The translations under genes were made by a program, and so were the position numbers. Shown here one piece after another: positions 30,672 through 40,395 of a stretch of DNA of 64,000 nt (positions within the stretch are counted from its first letter, which is position 1; the number at the start of each line of letters is the position of its first letter). Origin of the DNA: Candidatus Latescibacterota bacterium (lineage in GTDB: Bacteria > Latescibacterota > UBA2968 > UBA8231); contig OZ244561.1 in the NCBI GenBank assembly GCA_965217585.1, positions 7,040,001-7,104,000 of the forward strand. The letters are read 5' to 3'. The notes under the pieces were generated by a model. It had not been told where the DNA came from, searched no databases, and saw only the letters and a program-made list of their open reading frames with translations.

Positions 30672-32300
30672 CTACACACTATCACACCCCAGCACCATCA
30701 CCTCGCACTGGTGCAGCGTCGGCCACGGATCAGGTGTTTGCAAACCGTCGAGTCCTATGAGGACGAGGTTTTCGCCGCGCTGGATGGGGGGATTTTTTAT
30801 GACGAGCCAAGTGCCGAGTTGGTTTTTTAGCTTCGCGGCACCAGCGAGCGAGACAGCGCGATCGTTGACTCGGCAGAAAATGCGGTCCATGCAGGCTTCG
30901 TAATCCGTGAGATGCAGGCGTAGCTCGGTGCCGAGGATGCGGCCATCGGCGAGGCCAGCCTCAATGTCGTCTTCGATGATGAGAGTCATCTCGTACCCGG
31001 GACCGCCGGTCGCGCGCGCCGGCATGCTCAAGGCGCGGGGCACCTGCGCGTAGTGATCTCCGGTCGAGTGGTGGACGACCCCCCCCAAGGCGGAATCGGA
31101 CACCGAATAGCTGCGGTCGCGGCGCGCCAGCCGCTTGGGATCGGTCAGATCGGTGAGAAGATTGAGGTGGTCGTCGTTGTACTCTTTCTCTGCAAAGGGC
31201 GAAGCGCGGTGGTGCCGGTAGTCGTAGTTAAAAATGTAGACTCCGGCGGCACCCTGTTCGTACCCGTTCAGCGCCACGCCACGCAGGACGGCGGGCACCC
31301 CGCGGTCGTACCCTTCGTGCGGCGAGGTCAGATGCGTAGCACCGTCAAAGCCCACGTAAATCGGCACCTTGCTCTCCTCAGCACAGGCGACGGCCTCGGC
31401 GATGTCGATGCGGGCCGGGCAGTATGAGGCCGAGGAAAGCACGAACAAGTCCGCCACCGGCTCGCGGATCCAAGCCGAAGCGTCGATGCCAATGCCGCGC
31501 GCCTCAGCGAGGCAAGGGGGCACGCGCGTCAGCAGCGAAATCGCCTTCCCCTTCTGTTCGCTGTGGCGACGCACTATGGCGTGGGCTTGGCGCATGAACT
31601 CGGTGAGGGTGTCGAGGGTGTCGAGCAAGCGCCCGGGCCGGAAGTAGGGTGGCCCGCGCATCCAGTCGAGTTCGATGCCGTCGAAGTCGTAGCGCTCCAA
31701 GGTCTCATCGACGAGCCCGAGAAAGCGGTCGCGCACCTCCTCCTGCTCGTAATCCCATTGCCAACAGAAGTTCCAGCGGTCGGCACCACCCGAGCGCGTC
31801 GGGGTCGGGGAGCCAATCAGCAGGTCGGGCCGCGACTTCTTATGGCGGCTGCGCACCTGCCACTCGCGCGCCTCGTCAGAGGTGTGGGCGTCGTTCATGC
31901 GCATCGACGCGATCGCTGCGATGCCGTGCCGCCGGCAGCCGTCGATATAGACCTGCATCAGTTCGCGGCCGTCGGCGATGACCGCGTCCATGCAGTTGTA
32001 GAGCTGTTCGAGGCGGCTGAGTTCGAAGCCGCCGGCCGTCATCTTGCGGATCGGCTTGCCGTCGGCATCCACGTCGGGATCGGGGTCCCAAACTTCGGTG
32101 TCGTCTCCCCACATGGCCGAATGCGGGCTGCCGCGCCAGACGACATCATCGTCAATGCCGATGAGTCCGGCGAGGGCATTGACCCCGGCCGGGACCAGTT
32201 CGTCGAGCTGATGGGTGACATCGTCGGGGCTGCGGTCCGGCAGGTAGAAGAGCATCCAGTTGCCGTCGGTATTGAAAATCAGGCGCGGGAGTTTGGTCAT
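30672..32300 (-). CDS. Glycoside hydrolase-like family 10 (GHL10/DUF187-type TIM barrel) protein
   Basis: IFNTDG, SMRMNDAH, DY...EVR, YDFDGIELDWMR, GAAGVYIFNY. Confidence 0.7.
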   Translation of the reverse strand: MTKLPRLIFNTDGNWMLFYLPDRSPDDVTHQLDELVPAGVNALAGLIGIDDDVVWRGSPHSAMWGDDTEVWDPDPDVDADGKPIRKMTAGGFELSRLEQLYNCMDAVIADGRELMQVYIDGCRRHGIAAIASMRMNDAHTSDEAREWQVRSRHKKSRPDLLIGSPTPTRSGGADRWNFCWQWDYEQEEVRDRFLGLVDETLERYDFDGIELDWMRGPPYFRPGRLLDTLDTLTEFMRQAHAIVRRHSEQKGKAISLLTRVPPCLAEARGIGIDASAWIREPVADLFVLSSASYCPARIDIAEAVACAEESKVPIYVGFDGATHLTSPHEGYDRGVPAVLRGVALNGYEQGAAGVYIFNYDYRHHRASPFAEKEYNDDHLNLLTDLTDPKRLARRDRSYSVSDSALGGVVHHSTGDHYAQVPRALSMPARATGGPGYEMTLIIEDDIEAGLADGRILGTELRLHLTDYEACMDRIFCRVNDRAVSLAGAAKLKNQLGTWLVIKNPPIQRGENLVLIGLDGLQTPDPWPTLHQCEVMVLGCDSV

Positions 32301-32354
32301 CGCGATCTCCGTTGTAGAATGCTGCGGCGAAGGTAGCTTGCCTGGGATATAGTG

Positions 32355-33464
32355 TCAAAAGAGCGACGGTACGCGATAGTCTTCATCGAAGACGAGGCGA
32401 CTGTTCTGCACATTCAGGATCAGAACAGATAGGGCAGTGGAGAAGACCGGCCCCATGGCCACCGTGTTCTGGGCGTTGCCAGGCGGGAAGCCGACGGCGC
32501 CGTCCTTGCCCTGGTGTTCGCGGATCTGCAGAAAGACGGCGCGCAGGGCGCGGCTGAATTCGCGTGCCCCCGGATCAGCGCGCCGCAAGGCGCGCAAATG
32601 GAAAAAGTTGGTGTAGAAGTAGTTCGGTCCCGACCACACCGGCAGGTGCCGCACCAGCCACTGCGCGTTCAGCTTGGCCTCTTTCCCTGTGGCACGCCAA
32701 CACTGCAGTTGCCACCCTCCCATGGCACTGATGGAAGCCACGGCCAAGCCTTCCGCATCGACGCTGAGTCCGCCTACCTGCTCGGGGTTATCTGCAGTGT
32801 GTTTGAAAGATCCCAGCAGGAAATCCAAGGCGCGATCCCGGTTGGCCGTCTTCACGGCGAGACCGTAGAGTTCCGCTGTACGATAGCTGAGCAGTGCCCA
32901 CGCTGTAGCCCGGCGATCATTTGTTTTGCCCTCGCGCCCCTCCATCTTCCAGCCGCCCCGCGAAACAGATGAACTACTGCGGTCCTGCCAGCGCTGCAAC
33001 AGCCGCAGGGCCCGGGAGACCGTCTCGGCCACCTTCTGCCGCAGGGCATCATCGCGCAGGTACGGGGTTGCACACAGCAGCGCCACCAAAGCTAGGGAGT
33101 GGCTTTCCGTGCGGAAGGCATCATCCCCCAGATCGCCGCTGCGACTGCCTGCCTGTAGGAGAAAAGCGACCGCCTTCTCGATACAGGCACGATCCGCCGC
33201 CGTAGGAGTGGCAGCAGCACAGAGCAAGGCCAATATCGAAACCGCTGTTTGTAGCCGAGGCTGTTTGGCCCCAAAGCCCCCGGTCTCATCCTGCTGCGAA
33301 CGCAGATATTCAAGGGCATGGTCACAGACCACCGCCAATTCCTCTGGCCGCACCGACTCGCCCGCCGACGGGGTCGCGCAATCGAAAACGAACACTGCCA
33401 GCAGGAAGACGACGCGTACTTTCCACGGTTTGGATGGTTGGTGCTGGTCTTCACTTTTCTTCAT
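32355..33464 (-). CDS. Prenyltransferase/squalene-oxidase-repeat (alpha/alpha barrel) secreted protein
   Basis: ALEYL.SQQ...GGF, GGW, TAWALL and Q..DG QW-like repeats; signal-like N-terminus. Start 33464 (ATG) or 33476. Confidence 0.75.
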   Translation of the reverse strand: MKKSEDQHQPSKPWKVRVVFLLAVFVFDCATPSAGESVRPEELAVVCDHALEYLRSQQDETGGFGAKQPRLQTAVSILALLCAAATPTAADRACIEKAVAFLLQAGSRSGDLGDDAFRTESHSLALVALLCATPYLRDDALRQKVAETVSRALRLLQRWQDRSSSSVSRGGWKMEGREGKTNDRRATAWALLSYRTAELYGLAVKTANRDRALDFLLGSFKHTADNPEQVGGLSVDAEGLAVASISAMGGWQLQCWRATGKEAKLNAQWLVRHLPVWSGPNYFYTNFFHLRALRRADPGAREFSRALRAVFLQIREHQGKDGAVGFPPGNAQNTVAMGPVFSTALSVLILNVQNSRLVFDEDYRVPSLF

Positions 33465-33497
33465 GAGGACCCGCAATCCCTAACTTGAAACAAGCGT

Positions 33498-36400
33498 CTA
33501 CTCCGCTAGGTCTTGGTACAGTGCTTCATAGTAGGCCTTGATGCGGGCCTTGAAGGCGGCAGGAGAACGCCGGTTGCGCGCCTTGAAAAACTCCGTAGCA
33601 ATGTGCTTGGGCAAGCGCAGCGACGGTCCAGAATCTTCCGCGAGGAAAGACAGGCCGCGGTTGCGGCGGCGTTCGTTGGCCAGGTTGCGGGCCCGCAACT
33701 CCAGAATCCGGCCGTACTGGAGCTCGAGGCTCTGGGCGTGGGCCGGCGGCCCCACCGCGGCAAAAACTCGCGCCGCCAATTCGCGCACCAGAGACAGCTC
33801 GGCATGACGCAGCTCCTCCGCCCAGCGCCGATCGTGGCCATCCACAATACCCTGAATAGTCCACAGATTGATCGAACTCCTCGATTTGGTGAAACGCCGG
33901 TTGAGCTGAGCCGTTGCATTCACCGGGGGCAGGTGGACCGCCGCGGCAAGGCGCCCCGTGGTTTCGGATAATTCCTCGCGCACCGCGGAAAGCCGCCGCT
34001 GCACTTCCGGTCGTTGCAATACATCCTTGCCGGTCGGCCGGGATCGGAGCATGCGCTCCAGTGCCTGCAACTGCTGTCGCAGGTCTTCCTCTTCCTCCGC
34101 CCCCGCAACAGCAGTGGCTACGGCCCTGAGCCCCTGCAAGACCCCGGCAGCGCCTTCCTGCAGGCCTTGATCGAGTTGGCCCGTGGCGCGCACGAGATGC
34201 ACCAAGCGTCCCTCGTGCCGAGCGATCTTGCCAAAAATGGACCCCGCCAACTGTTCCTGCGCCGCCGCGTCAACCGGCTTACCCGCAACATCTAGAAAGG
34301 AGCTGATGTACTCGAACTCCTCGTGCAAATGCTCTAGGTATCCCTCGGTGCGGGTGCGTTTCATCAACGCCGCAAAGTCGTAAGTGACCTCTTCCCCCTG
34401 CAGAACGGCGGCGGCGAGATCCGCGCAGCGGCGCAACTCTTCGGCCACGTCGCGACTGCCGTCGGCAATTAGCCCATACGTCTTGATCCGTTCCGCCGTC
34501 TCTCTGCCCTCGCGCCCATAGCGATTCAACACCTTCTCCGCAGACTGGCTCGCGACCATGGTCATGGCCAACTGCAGGCCGTGGAGCGGCTGCCACGCCG
34601 GCCAATCGCCGGGTTGTGCTCCTCTGTGCAGGCGCTCTTGCGCCAGCAGGAAGAGCACCGCGCGCGTATAAGCCTCCAGCCCTTCGACGCGCTGCTTCAA
34701 GGCTTCAGCCTCGCGGTACAGGCGGCTGTGGATGGCCTTCCCGGCAATCTCCGCAAAGATCTCCGGTTGACTCGCCAGGGCCTGACAGCGAGGGCCGTAC
34801 GCCGCAAAGGCATCAGCCGTTTGCCGCAAGCTAGTGCGCAAGAATCCAACATGCTGCGCTAGAGAGCCCTGCCATTTGGCAATCGCCGCCGGCCCGGGAA
34901 GCTCCTCTACCGCTTGGTCAAGTGCTGTCAGCAGAGCAGAGTCCTCCCGACGCAAAACAGCATGGAGATCGCCGCGCAGCGCCGACGAGAAAACCTGCAC
35001 CAGTTGCCCCCGCTTTTCTTCGCTCAACTCCGGCATCCCGGCAACCATCTCCCAGACAACGAGAAGTCCTTCGCGCAGCGCCGCTTCGCGATCATCGGCA
35101 GCGGCGGCAAAAAGCTCGTATCTGCCACAGAGCAGATCTAGCTGGTGGGAGCGCAGACGCTGATGCAGTTGATCCAGAGCCAACCACAGATCCACCAGTG
35201 ATCCGGGCGGTGCATACCAGTTGCCCGGTGCCATGTTCCCAGCTTGGGTGGCCAGACCAAAATGGAGAAGCTCCAGCGGCCGGAAGAGGCTCTCCTGGCC
35301 ACGCGCCCGCATCACTTCGCCGTGCGCTCCCAAGAAGCGCGACCGCGTTCCTTCATCTCTTTGAGCTTCCTCGGCTAGGGCTTCCACCAAGCGCACGCTC
35401 GCCGCCGACGGCGCGCTCATCCGCGCCGCCAGTTGGGACGTGAAGCCGGACAGGTGTTGGGCCACTGCCGCCACATCCTTCGCCCGATGAGCCGCCCGCA
35501 GATCCACCAGTACCCGCTTTAGTTGCGGCGACGGATTCGGCAACTCGTCCGCCGCGACCAAGAGGGCCGCAAGCTCATCCAGATAGAACCTCAGATTGGC
35601 GGCATAGAGGGCTTGGTTGTGCTTGAGTCCGGCCAGGCTGCGCAGTTGCGTGTCGAGCTTGCGCGCCTTGTGCAGGAGATGCTCGGGCAGGAAACGCAGC
35701 GTTTCCGCCCGCACCGCGGCCAACCAAATCTGCGCGAAGGCTTGGCCGCGCTCGTGGGCCTGTTGCAACTGCATTAGGACGACTGGCACATCCTCGCTCT
35801 GCGGCAATTGCTCTACCAGAGGCAGCAAATCTCCATACCTAGGGAGAACCTGATGCGGCAGAGCCAACAAAACGGCTGCGCGATTCAGACGATAGGGAAA
35901 ACCGCCGTAGCGCTGGTGGTAATAACGCGCCAGCCCGAAGACATCGGGCTGCCGGTGGGTGCTCTTGGTGTACTCGGCAAGCAGTTGTCCCTGCGCCGGT
36001 GGCCAGGTCTTGCTCTGCCCCACGGTCGCCGCAATGATGTTGAGCTGATTGGCCAAGTTGCGATGGTAGCTCAGGTAGCTCTCTGCCGCCGATTTCACCA
36101 GATTGAGATATTCCATGCCGCGCTGGAAACGAGCGGAGAAATCGTCGTTCACAATGTGAATGCGATACTTGGCCGTACGGGTCTCTTGCCCCTTGGAGTC
36201 GACCGCCACAAGCCTGAATTCAAAGGGCTCGGTGCTATAAACGCGGTAGTCCATGCGCTGGATCAGTTCCTGCCCGCCGAGCTGTCGCTTCCCATAATCC
36301 GGATGATGGATGTACTCCTCACCGGTGAGCTCGGTCACAGCCGCCCCGCCCGCTACGGTCCAGGACATGATCAGATCGCTCACCGCATAGTCGTCCTCCA

Positions 36401-37823
36401 CAGCAAACTGATAGGCCACCGTCTCCCCCGGAACGATGGTCGTCTCACTCTCCAGTCCCGTCATCGTCACCTTGGGCGGCGCATCCGGCAAAGCCTCGAT
36501 CATGCAGAGCCATTCGCGGCTGTAGAGACCGTTCTTGCCGCGGGCGCGCAGGCGCAGAATGCCGCTGTCATCCGCGAGGAGCCGGAAGCGGCCGCCGGCC
36601 GCGCCGCGCCGACGCACCGTCAGCTCGCGCCGTCTAACATCCTCCTTTTCCTGCTTGGCGCCGGGCTGGCCGATCTTTAGCAGGTTCTGGCCGAAAAGCC
36701 CCTGCCCCCCTGCATCCCCTTTCTTCTGCAAGATTTCAAAAGTCGCCTCAATCCCCTCGTGGGGTTCACTGCAACGCACCTCGAATTCCATGCGCGTACC
36801 ACTGAGGACACTGAGGCGCTTGGCAGTGAGTTCCTGCTGGATCACATTTTTGCGCCGCGCATACTTGGGGAACCGCAGCGTATGGGTGACACCGCTCAAC
36901 TTGATGCGCGGCGTCACCGGCTGCTGCCACCAAGCACTGAGCGCATCGTCGGCCCGGACGCGGAAACGCAGCGGTTCCCCCAGCCGCACAGCGCGAAACT
37001 GCCAGCGCTCACCTTGCCGCCGGCACTCGCCCACTTCCACGCCAGTGGCCGTTTGGTACTCCACCTGCGGCGGTGCCTGGAATCCGGATCCTGCCATGCC
37101 GAGTTCAGCCAGCCATGTCGTCTGGCGCTCAAGTGCGATGGTGAGGGTAAAATTGCTGTCCTCCGGCAACGCCGGCAATTCGCCGTCCGTCCACGGACGA
37201 CCGTTCGTCTCCAGGAATCGGATGACTGTAAAGCTGTCGCGCGGCAGGTTTGCTTGCGGTTGCCAGAAACGCTGCCACAAGAGGGTCAGGTCGAAGGCGC
37301 TACTCCATTGCAGGAACCCAAACCAGAGGACCATGCTACAAAGGCAAACCAGACCAGCTCCCAATGCCCGGCGGCGCACCGTCGCTGCGACCGGGGCGAG
37401 AGAAGTTTTCTCTTCCGTCTCTTGACGCAAACGGGCCAAGAGCATGGCCGGGCCGACCTTCTCACCCGCCGCCTCACGGCGCGCCAGATCCAGCGCCGTA
37501 CCCCAACGGTCCTGATGTTGGGGTAGTGCCTTGTCCAAGTGGATCGCCACCTCCAAGGCATCCGGACGGATCCAGCGCCACAGGAAGAAGAATCCCAGCA
37601 CCAATAAGAGGAGCCCCCCGGTGAGCCCCCAAGGACCAATGCCGCGCACCGAAGGGCTGAGCTCCACAAAGCGATCCAGCAGGAGGAAGGCAGAGAGCAA
37701 GAACGCCACCCCCGCTACCCCAAAGGCGGCCAGAGCGCACAGGGCTACGGCGCGGCGCAAGCGCACGTAGAGCTTGACTCCTTTCCGTACATTGGCGGGC
37801 AGATTGGCGGGGAATTGCATCAC
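33498..37823 (-). CDS. Very large membrane-anchored protein (DUF4175-like: TM helices, Ig-like domains, long helical tail)
   Basis: 1441 aa; N-terminal TMs with LLLDR; FPKY, D.PP.V, EDDYAV, A.D motifs; C-terminal ..I.AYYE.L. Confidence 0.7.
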   Translation of the reverse strand: MMQFPANLPANVRKGVKLYVRLRRAVALCALAAFGVAGVAFLLSAFLLLDRFVELSPSVRGIGPWGLTGGLLLLVLGFFFLWRWIRPDALEVAIHLDKALPQHQDRWGTALDLARREAAGEKVGPAMLLARLRQETEEKTSLAPVAATVRRRALGAGLVCLCSMVLWFGFLQWSSAFDLTLLWQRFWQPQANLPRDSFTVIRFLETNGRPWTDGELPALPEDSNFTLTIALERQTTWLAELGMAGSGFQAPPQVEYQTATGVEVGECRRQGERWQFRAVRLGEPLRFRVRADDALSAWWQQPVTPRIKLSGVTHTLRFPKYARRKNVIQQELTAKRLSVLSGTRMEFEVRCSEPHEGIEATFEILQKKGDAGGQGLFGQNLLKIGQPGAKQEKEDVRRRELTVRRRGAAGGRFRLLADDSGILRLRARGKNGLYSREWLCMIEALPDAPPKVTMTGLESETTIVPGETVAYQFAVEDDYAVSDLIMSWTVAGGAAVTELTGEEYIHHPDYGKRQLGGQELIQRMDYRVYSTEPFEFRLVAVDSKGQETRTAKYRIHIVNDDFSARFQRGMEYLNLVKSAAESYLSYHRNLANQLNIIAATVGQSKTWPPAQGQLLAEYTKSTHRQPDVFGLARYYHQRYGGFPYRLNRAAVLLALPHQVLPRYGDLLPLVEQLPQSEDVPVVLMQLQQAHERGQAFAQIWLAAVRAETLRFLPEHLLHKARKLDTQLRSLAGLKHNQALYAANLRFYLDELAALLVAADELPNPSPQLKRVLVDLRAAHRAKDVAAVAQHLSGFTSQLAARMSAPSAASVRLVEALAEEAQRDEGTRSRFLGAHGEVMRARGQESLFRPLELLHFGLATQAGNMAPGNWYAPPGSLVDLWLALDQLHQRLRSHQLDLLCGRYELFAAAADDREAALREGLLVVWEMVAGMPELSEEKRGQLVQVFSSALRGDLHAVLRREDSALLTALDQAVEELPGPAAIAKWQGSLAQHVGFLRTSLRQTADAFAAYGPRCQALASQPEIFAEIAGKAIHSRLYREAEALKQRVEGLEAYTRAVLFLLAQERLHRGAQPGDWPAWQPLHGLQLAMTMVASQSAEKVLNRYGREGRETAERIKTYGLIADGSRDVAEELRRCADLAAAVLQGEEVTYDFAALMKRTRTEGYLEHLHEEFEYISSFLDVAGKPVDAAAQEQLAGSIFGKIARHEGRLVHLVRATGQLDQGLQEGAAGVLQGLRAVATAVAGAEEEEDLRQQLQALERMLRSRPTGKDVLQRPEVQRRLSAVREELSETTGRLAAAVHLPPVNATAQLNRRFTKSRSSINLWTIQGIVDGHDRRWAEELRHAELSLVRELAARVFAAVGPPAHAQSLELQYGRILELRARNLANERRRNRGLSFLAEDSGPSLRLPKHIATEFFKARNRRSPAAFKARIKAYYEALYQDLAE

Positions 37824-40384
37824 ATGACCCTCCCCGCCCGGCGGCGCAGAAGATACTCAGCCGACACCAGGAGAAGAAGCACTGCCAGGACCCACGATCC
37901 ACGCCAGAGCGAGTGATGGGTCGTATGCTCCTGCACTACGGGTGGGCCGGCCTCGGGTCCCTGCCAGTCGGCGAGTTCATGCAACGGGTGGAAGGTCCCA
38001 CCCGTGCGCTCTGCAAGCTCGCGCAAGGGCGCCGCCCGAGCTTGCAGCTCAAAGTCGCCCCGCTCATAAGGGATGTCCACAAAGAGAGACTGTTCCTGTC
38101 CGTCGAGCGTAAAACTTAGCTGCGGCACCAACTCAGCAGGCCCTGACCGAGCCGCCTTTACACGCCATCGCTCCCAGCCCGTGGGTGCCCCTTGCTGTGG
38201 CTGGAGAGACGCAGGGGACGCTGTTAGGGCCCCGGCCGGCGAACTGTAAAGATCATAGCCAGCCACCGGCTGGACCGGCACGATCCCCTCATGGGGAAGC
38301 AACGCCTGCACCAGCAGGCCGGCGAGCAGGCGATTTACGAGCAGCCCCGTTCGCTCCCGCAAAGTTTTCAGTTGGGGTAGCCCGCAGAAGAGAAGCCGGC
38401 CTTTGCCGCGCTGCAACAGACTCACGCCCGCGTCATCGCCCACTTGTAAAAGAGGCAGGCCGATCCCCGACACGAGGCTACGACTCGACACGGTCCCAAA
38501 GCTCGCCCAGCGGTCCAGAGACGCGGCCATGTCGCGCCCCAAACGATGGGCATCCAACCACAGTCCCGGAGTGGGGTGCAGCGGACCCGATACCTCACTG
38601 CCCTGCAGCTTCAACTCCAGAACCTGGGTCCACGAGTGAGCAGCCGGTAGCGCTTCCGGCTCATGGATAAAGACGGCCAACCCCTCCTCCACCGCAGTGC
38701 GCAAGCCACCCATCCAAGCGGCGGCCTCTTGGGGGTCCTTGCGCAAGTCTTCAGGGATAGCGCCGATCAGCACAGCCATGCCAATCCCCCGCCATGCCTG
38801 CGCCTTTGCCGGCCAGGCCCCGGCTTCGCTGCCGATTTTGAGGCGCGACAACCCCGGCACGCCCAGCAGCATCTGCAAAGATACACCCGGCATCTGCCCC
38901 AGCACCTCCTGGTAGGCGGCGAAATCATCGTTCACAGAGCTGCCCACCAGCAGAACGGGGACCGGTGTGGACAGCACGTGGGTGGTCCGCACCTGCACTT
39001 CGTTGCCGGGATAGTCGTCCGCTTGTGCCATACTCAACTGAAAGACGAGCTGTTGCCGACCCACCACCGTAGGCACAAAGGGAATCGTCAAAACCTGATA
39101 ACCCTGGTGATCTGCGCCGATCTCCTGACGCGCCAGACGAGAGCTGCCGCCGTGGATCTCCAAGGCCCCCGCCCGGGGTGAGGGAAACTCCCACTTGACC
39201 AGGACCCGCACCCGGGTTTCCTCATGCTGTACGAGGATTGCCGGCAATTCCACCGCCACCAAGCCGCCATCCGCCGGTGCCGTCTTGTCCCGGCCCGTTA
39301 GGATCGTGTGCACCGGCACTCCCATGGCCGCTAGGCGCCGCGCTACGCGCCCCTGCTCATCCACTGCACCAGCACCGCCATCGCTGACCAAGAGCGCGGC
39401 CGTATGCGGGCGCACCTCTTGGTGCCGCTGTAAAAGCCTCATAGCTGAAATGAGGTCTGGCACCATCTGCAGCTCCACCCCTTCGGAGTACCGTTGTTGG
39501 GAGGCCACCCGCTTGCTGGCAAGCAAAGCGAATTCCCGACGTGTCTGCCGCAAGGCCCTTAGGCTTTGCTTTTGTGCCGCTGGCAAAGCAACCCCGTCCA
39601 ACTGTTCCTGTAGCGCTTGTGCATCCTTTAGGAGTTGCTGCGCGGCGGTGGCCGCGGCCCCGAGATGATCCACAAATTGTGGCAAGAGTGGCAGGCTTTC
39701 GCTCGCCTCCCGCCAGATGAGTTCGCTCTCATTAGCTATTGCCGCGGCAGTTGCACAGAAGGCCTGCTGCTGGGTCTGCACCGCGGCCAGAGCGGCCAGC
39801 AATCCCTGGTCCTCGATAGGCACCTGCGCCGGGGCCGAAGCATCCTGCACCCGCTCGACAAGAGGAAGCAATTGGGGCCCAAAAACCAACAGGTCATCGC
39901 GGCTCTCCTCGCCGAGGGGCAGCCCCATCTCGGCTGCGGCAAGTCGCTTCTGCCACCCTGCGAATTCGCGGTGCAGGCGCTCTACAACATCCGCCGTCGC
40001 TGCGGCGAGTTGCGAGCCAAAACGCACCCGTCCGGGGATCGGCTGCTGCAGCGTCTCCACCACATCGAGGAGGCGACTCCTGCTGCCGAAGCCTTCGCGC
40101 ACTTGCATGCTCCTGCCGCTATCGATCAGGATCAACAGTTCCTGTTCGAGGGACTGGCGCGTGGTCACTCGCAGCGCCGGCCGGCACAGAAGCCAGACAA
40201 AGAGCCCAATGATGGTGAACCGCAGCGCCGGCAGTAGCCAGCGCGTCAGGGCCTGCTCCCGCCCCTGGGCGAACTCCCGTTTCACCTGGTAAATGGCAAA
40301 ACCGGCAGCCACCGCGAGCAGACACACCCCCCACCACCCGGAAAGCCAGCCCTCTGTGAAAAGATGCCAAGAACGTTCCGTCAC
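37820..40384 (-). CDS. Membrane protein with VWA-like and class I GATase-like domains
   Basis: LLILIDSGRSM and LLVSDG MIDAS-like motifs; ELAERTGG; C-terminal TM followed by EYLLRRRAG. GTG start. Confidence 0.75.
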   Translation of the reverse strand: MTERSWHLFTEGWLSGWWGVCLLAVAAGFAIYQVKREFAQGREQALTRWLLPALRFTIIGLFVWLLCRPALRVTTRQSLEQELLILIDSGRSMQVREGFGSRSRLLDVVETLQQPIPGRVRFGSQLAAATADVVERLHREFAGWQKRLAAAEMGLPLGEESRDDLLVFGPQLLPLVERVQDASAPAQVPIEDQGLLAALAAVQTQQQAFCATAAAIANESELIWREASESLPLLPQFVDHLGAAATAAQQLLKDAQALQEQLDGVALPAAQKQSLRALRQTRREFALLASKRVASQQRYSEGVELQMVPDLISAMRLLQRHQEVRPHTAALLVSDGGAGAVDEQGRVARRLAAMGVPVHTILTGRDKTAPADGGLVAVELPAILVQHEETRVRVLVKWEFPSPRAGALEIHGGSSRLARQEIGADHQGYQVLTIPFVPTVVGRQQLVFQLSMAQADDYPGNEVQVRTTHVLSTPVPVLLVGSSVNDDFAAYQEVLGQMPGVSLQMLLGVPGLSRLKIGSEAGAWPAKAQAWRGIGMAVLIGAIPEDLRKDPQEAAAWMGGLRTAVEEGLAVFIHEPEALPAAHSWTQVLELKLQGSEVSGPLHPTPGLWLDAHRLGRDMAASLDRWASFGTVSSRSLVSGIGLPLLQVGDDAGVSLLQRGKGRLLFCGLPQLKTLRERTGLLVNRLLAGLLVQALLPHEGIVPVQPVAGYDLYSSPAGALTASPASLQPQQGAPTGWERWRVKAARSGPAELVPQLSFTLDGQEQSLFVDIPYERGDFELQARAAPLRELAERTGGTFHPLHELADWQGPEAGPPVVQEHTTHHSLWRGSWVLAVLLLLVSAEYLLRRRAGRVM

Positions 40385-40395
40385 CTAGGCTGCGC

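Noticed and set aside
32355-33464. Squalene-hopene cyclase / terpene biosynthesis
   Set aside because: Too short, has a signal-like N-terminus, lacks DxDD, and fits the QW-repeat proteins usual in MoxR-VWA operons.
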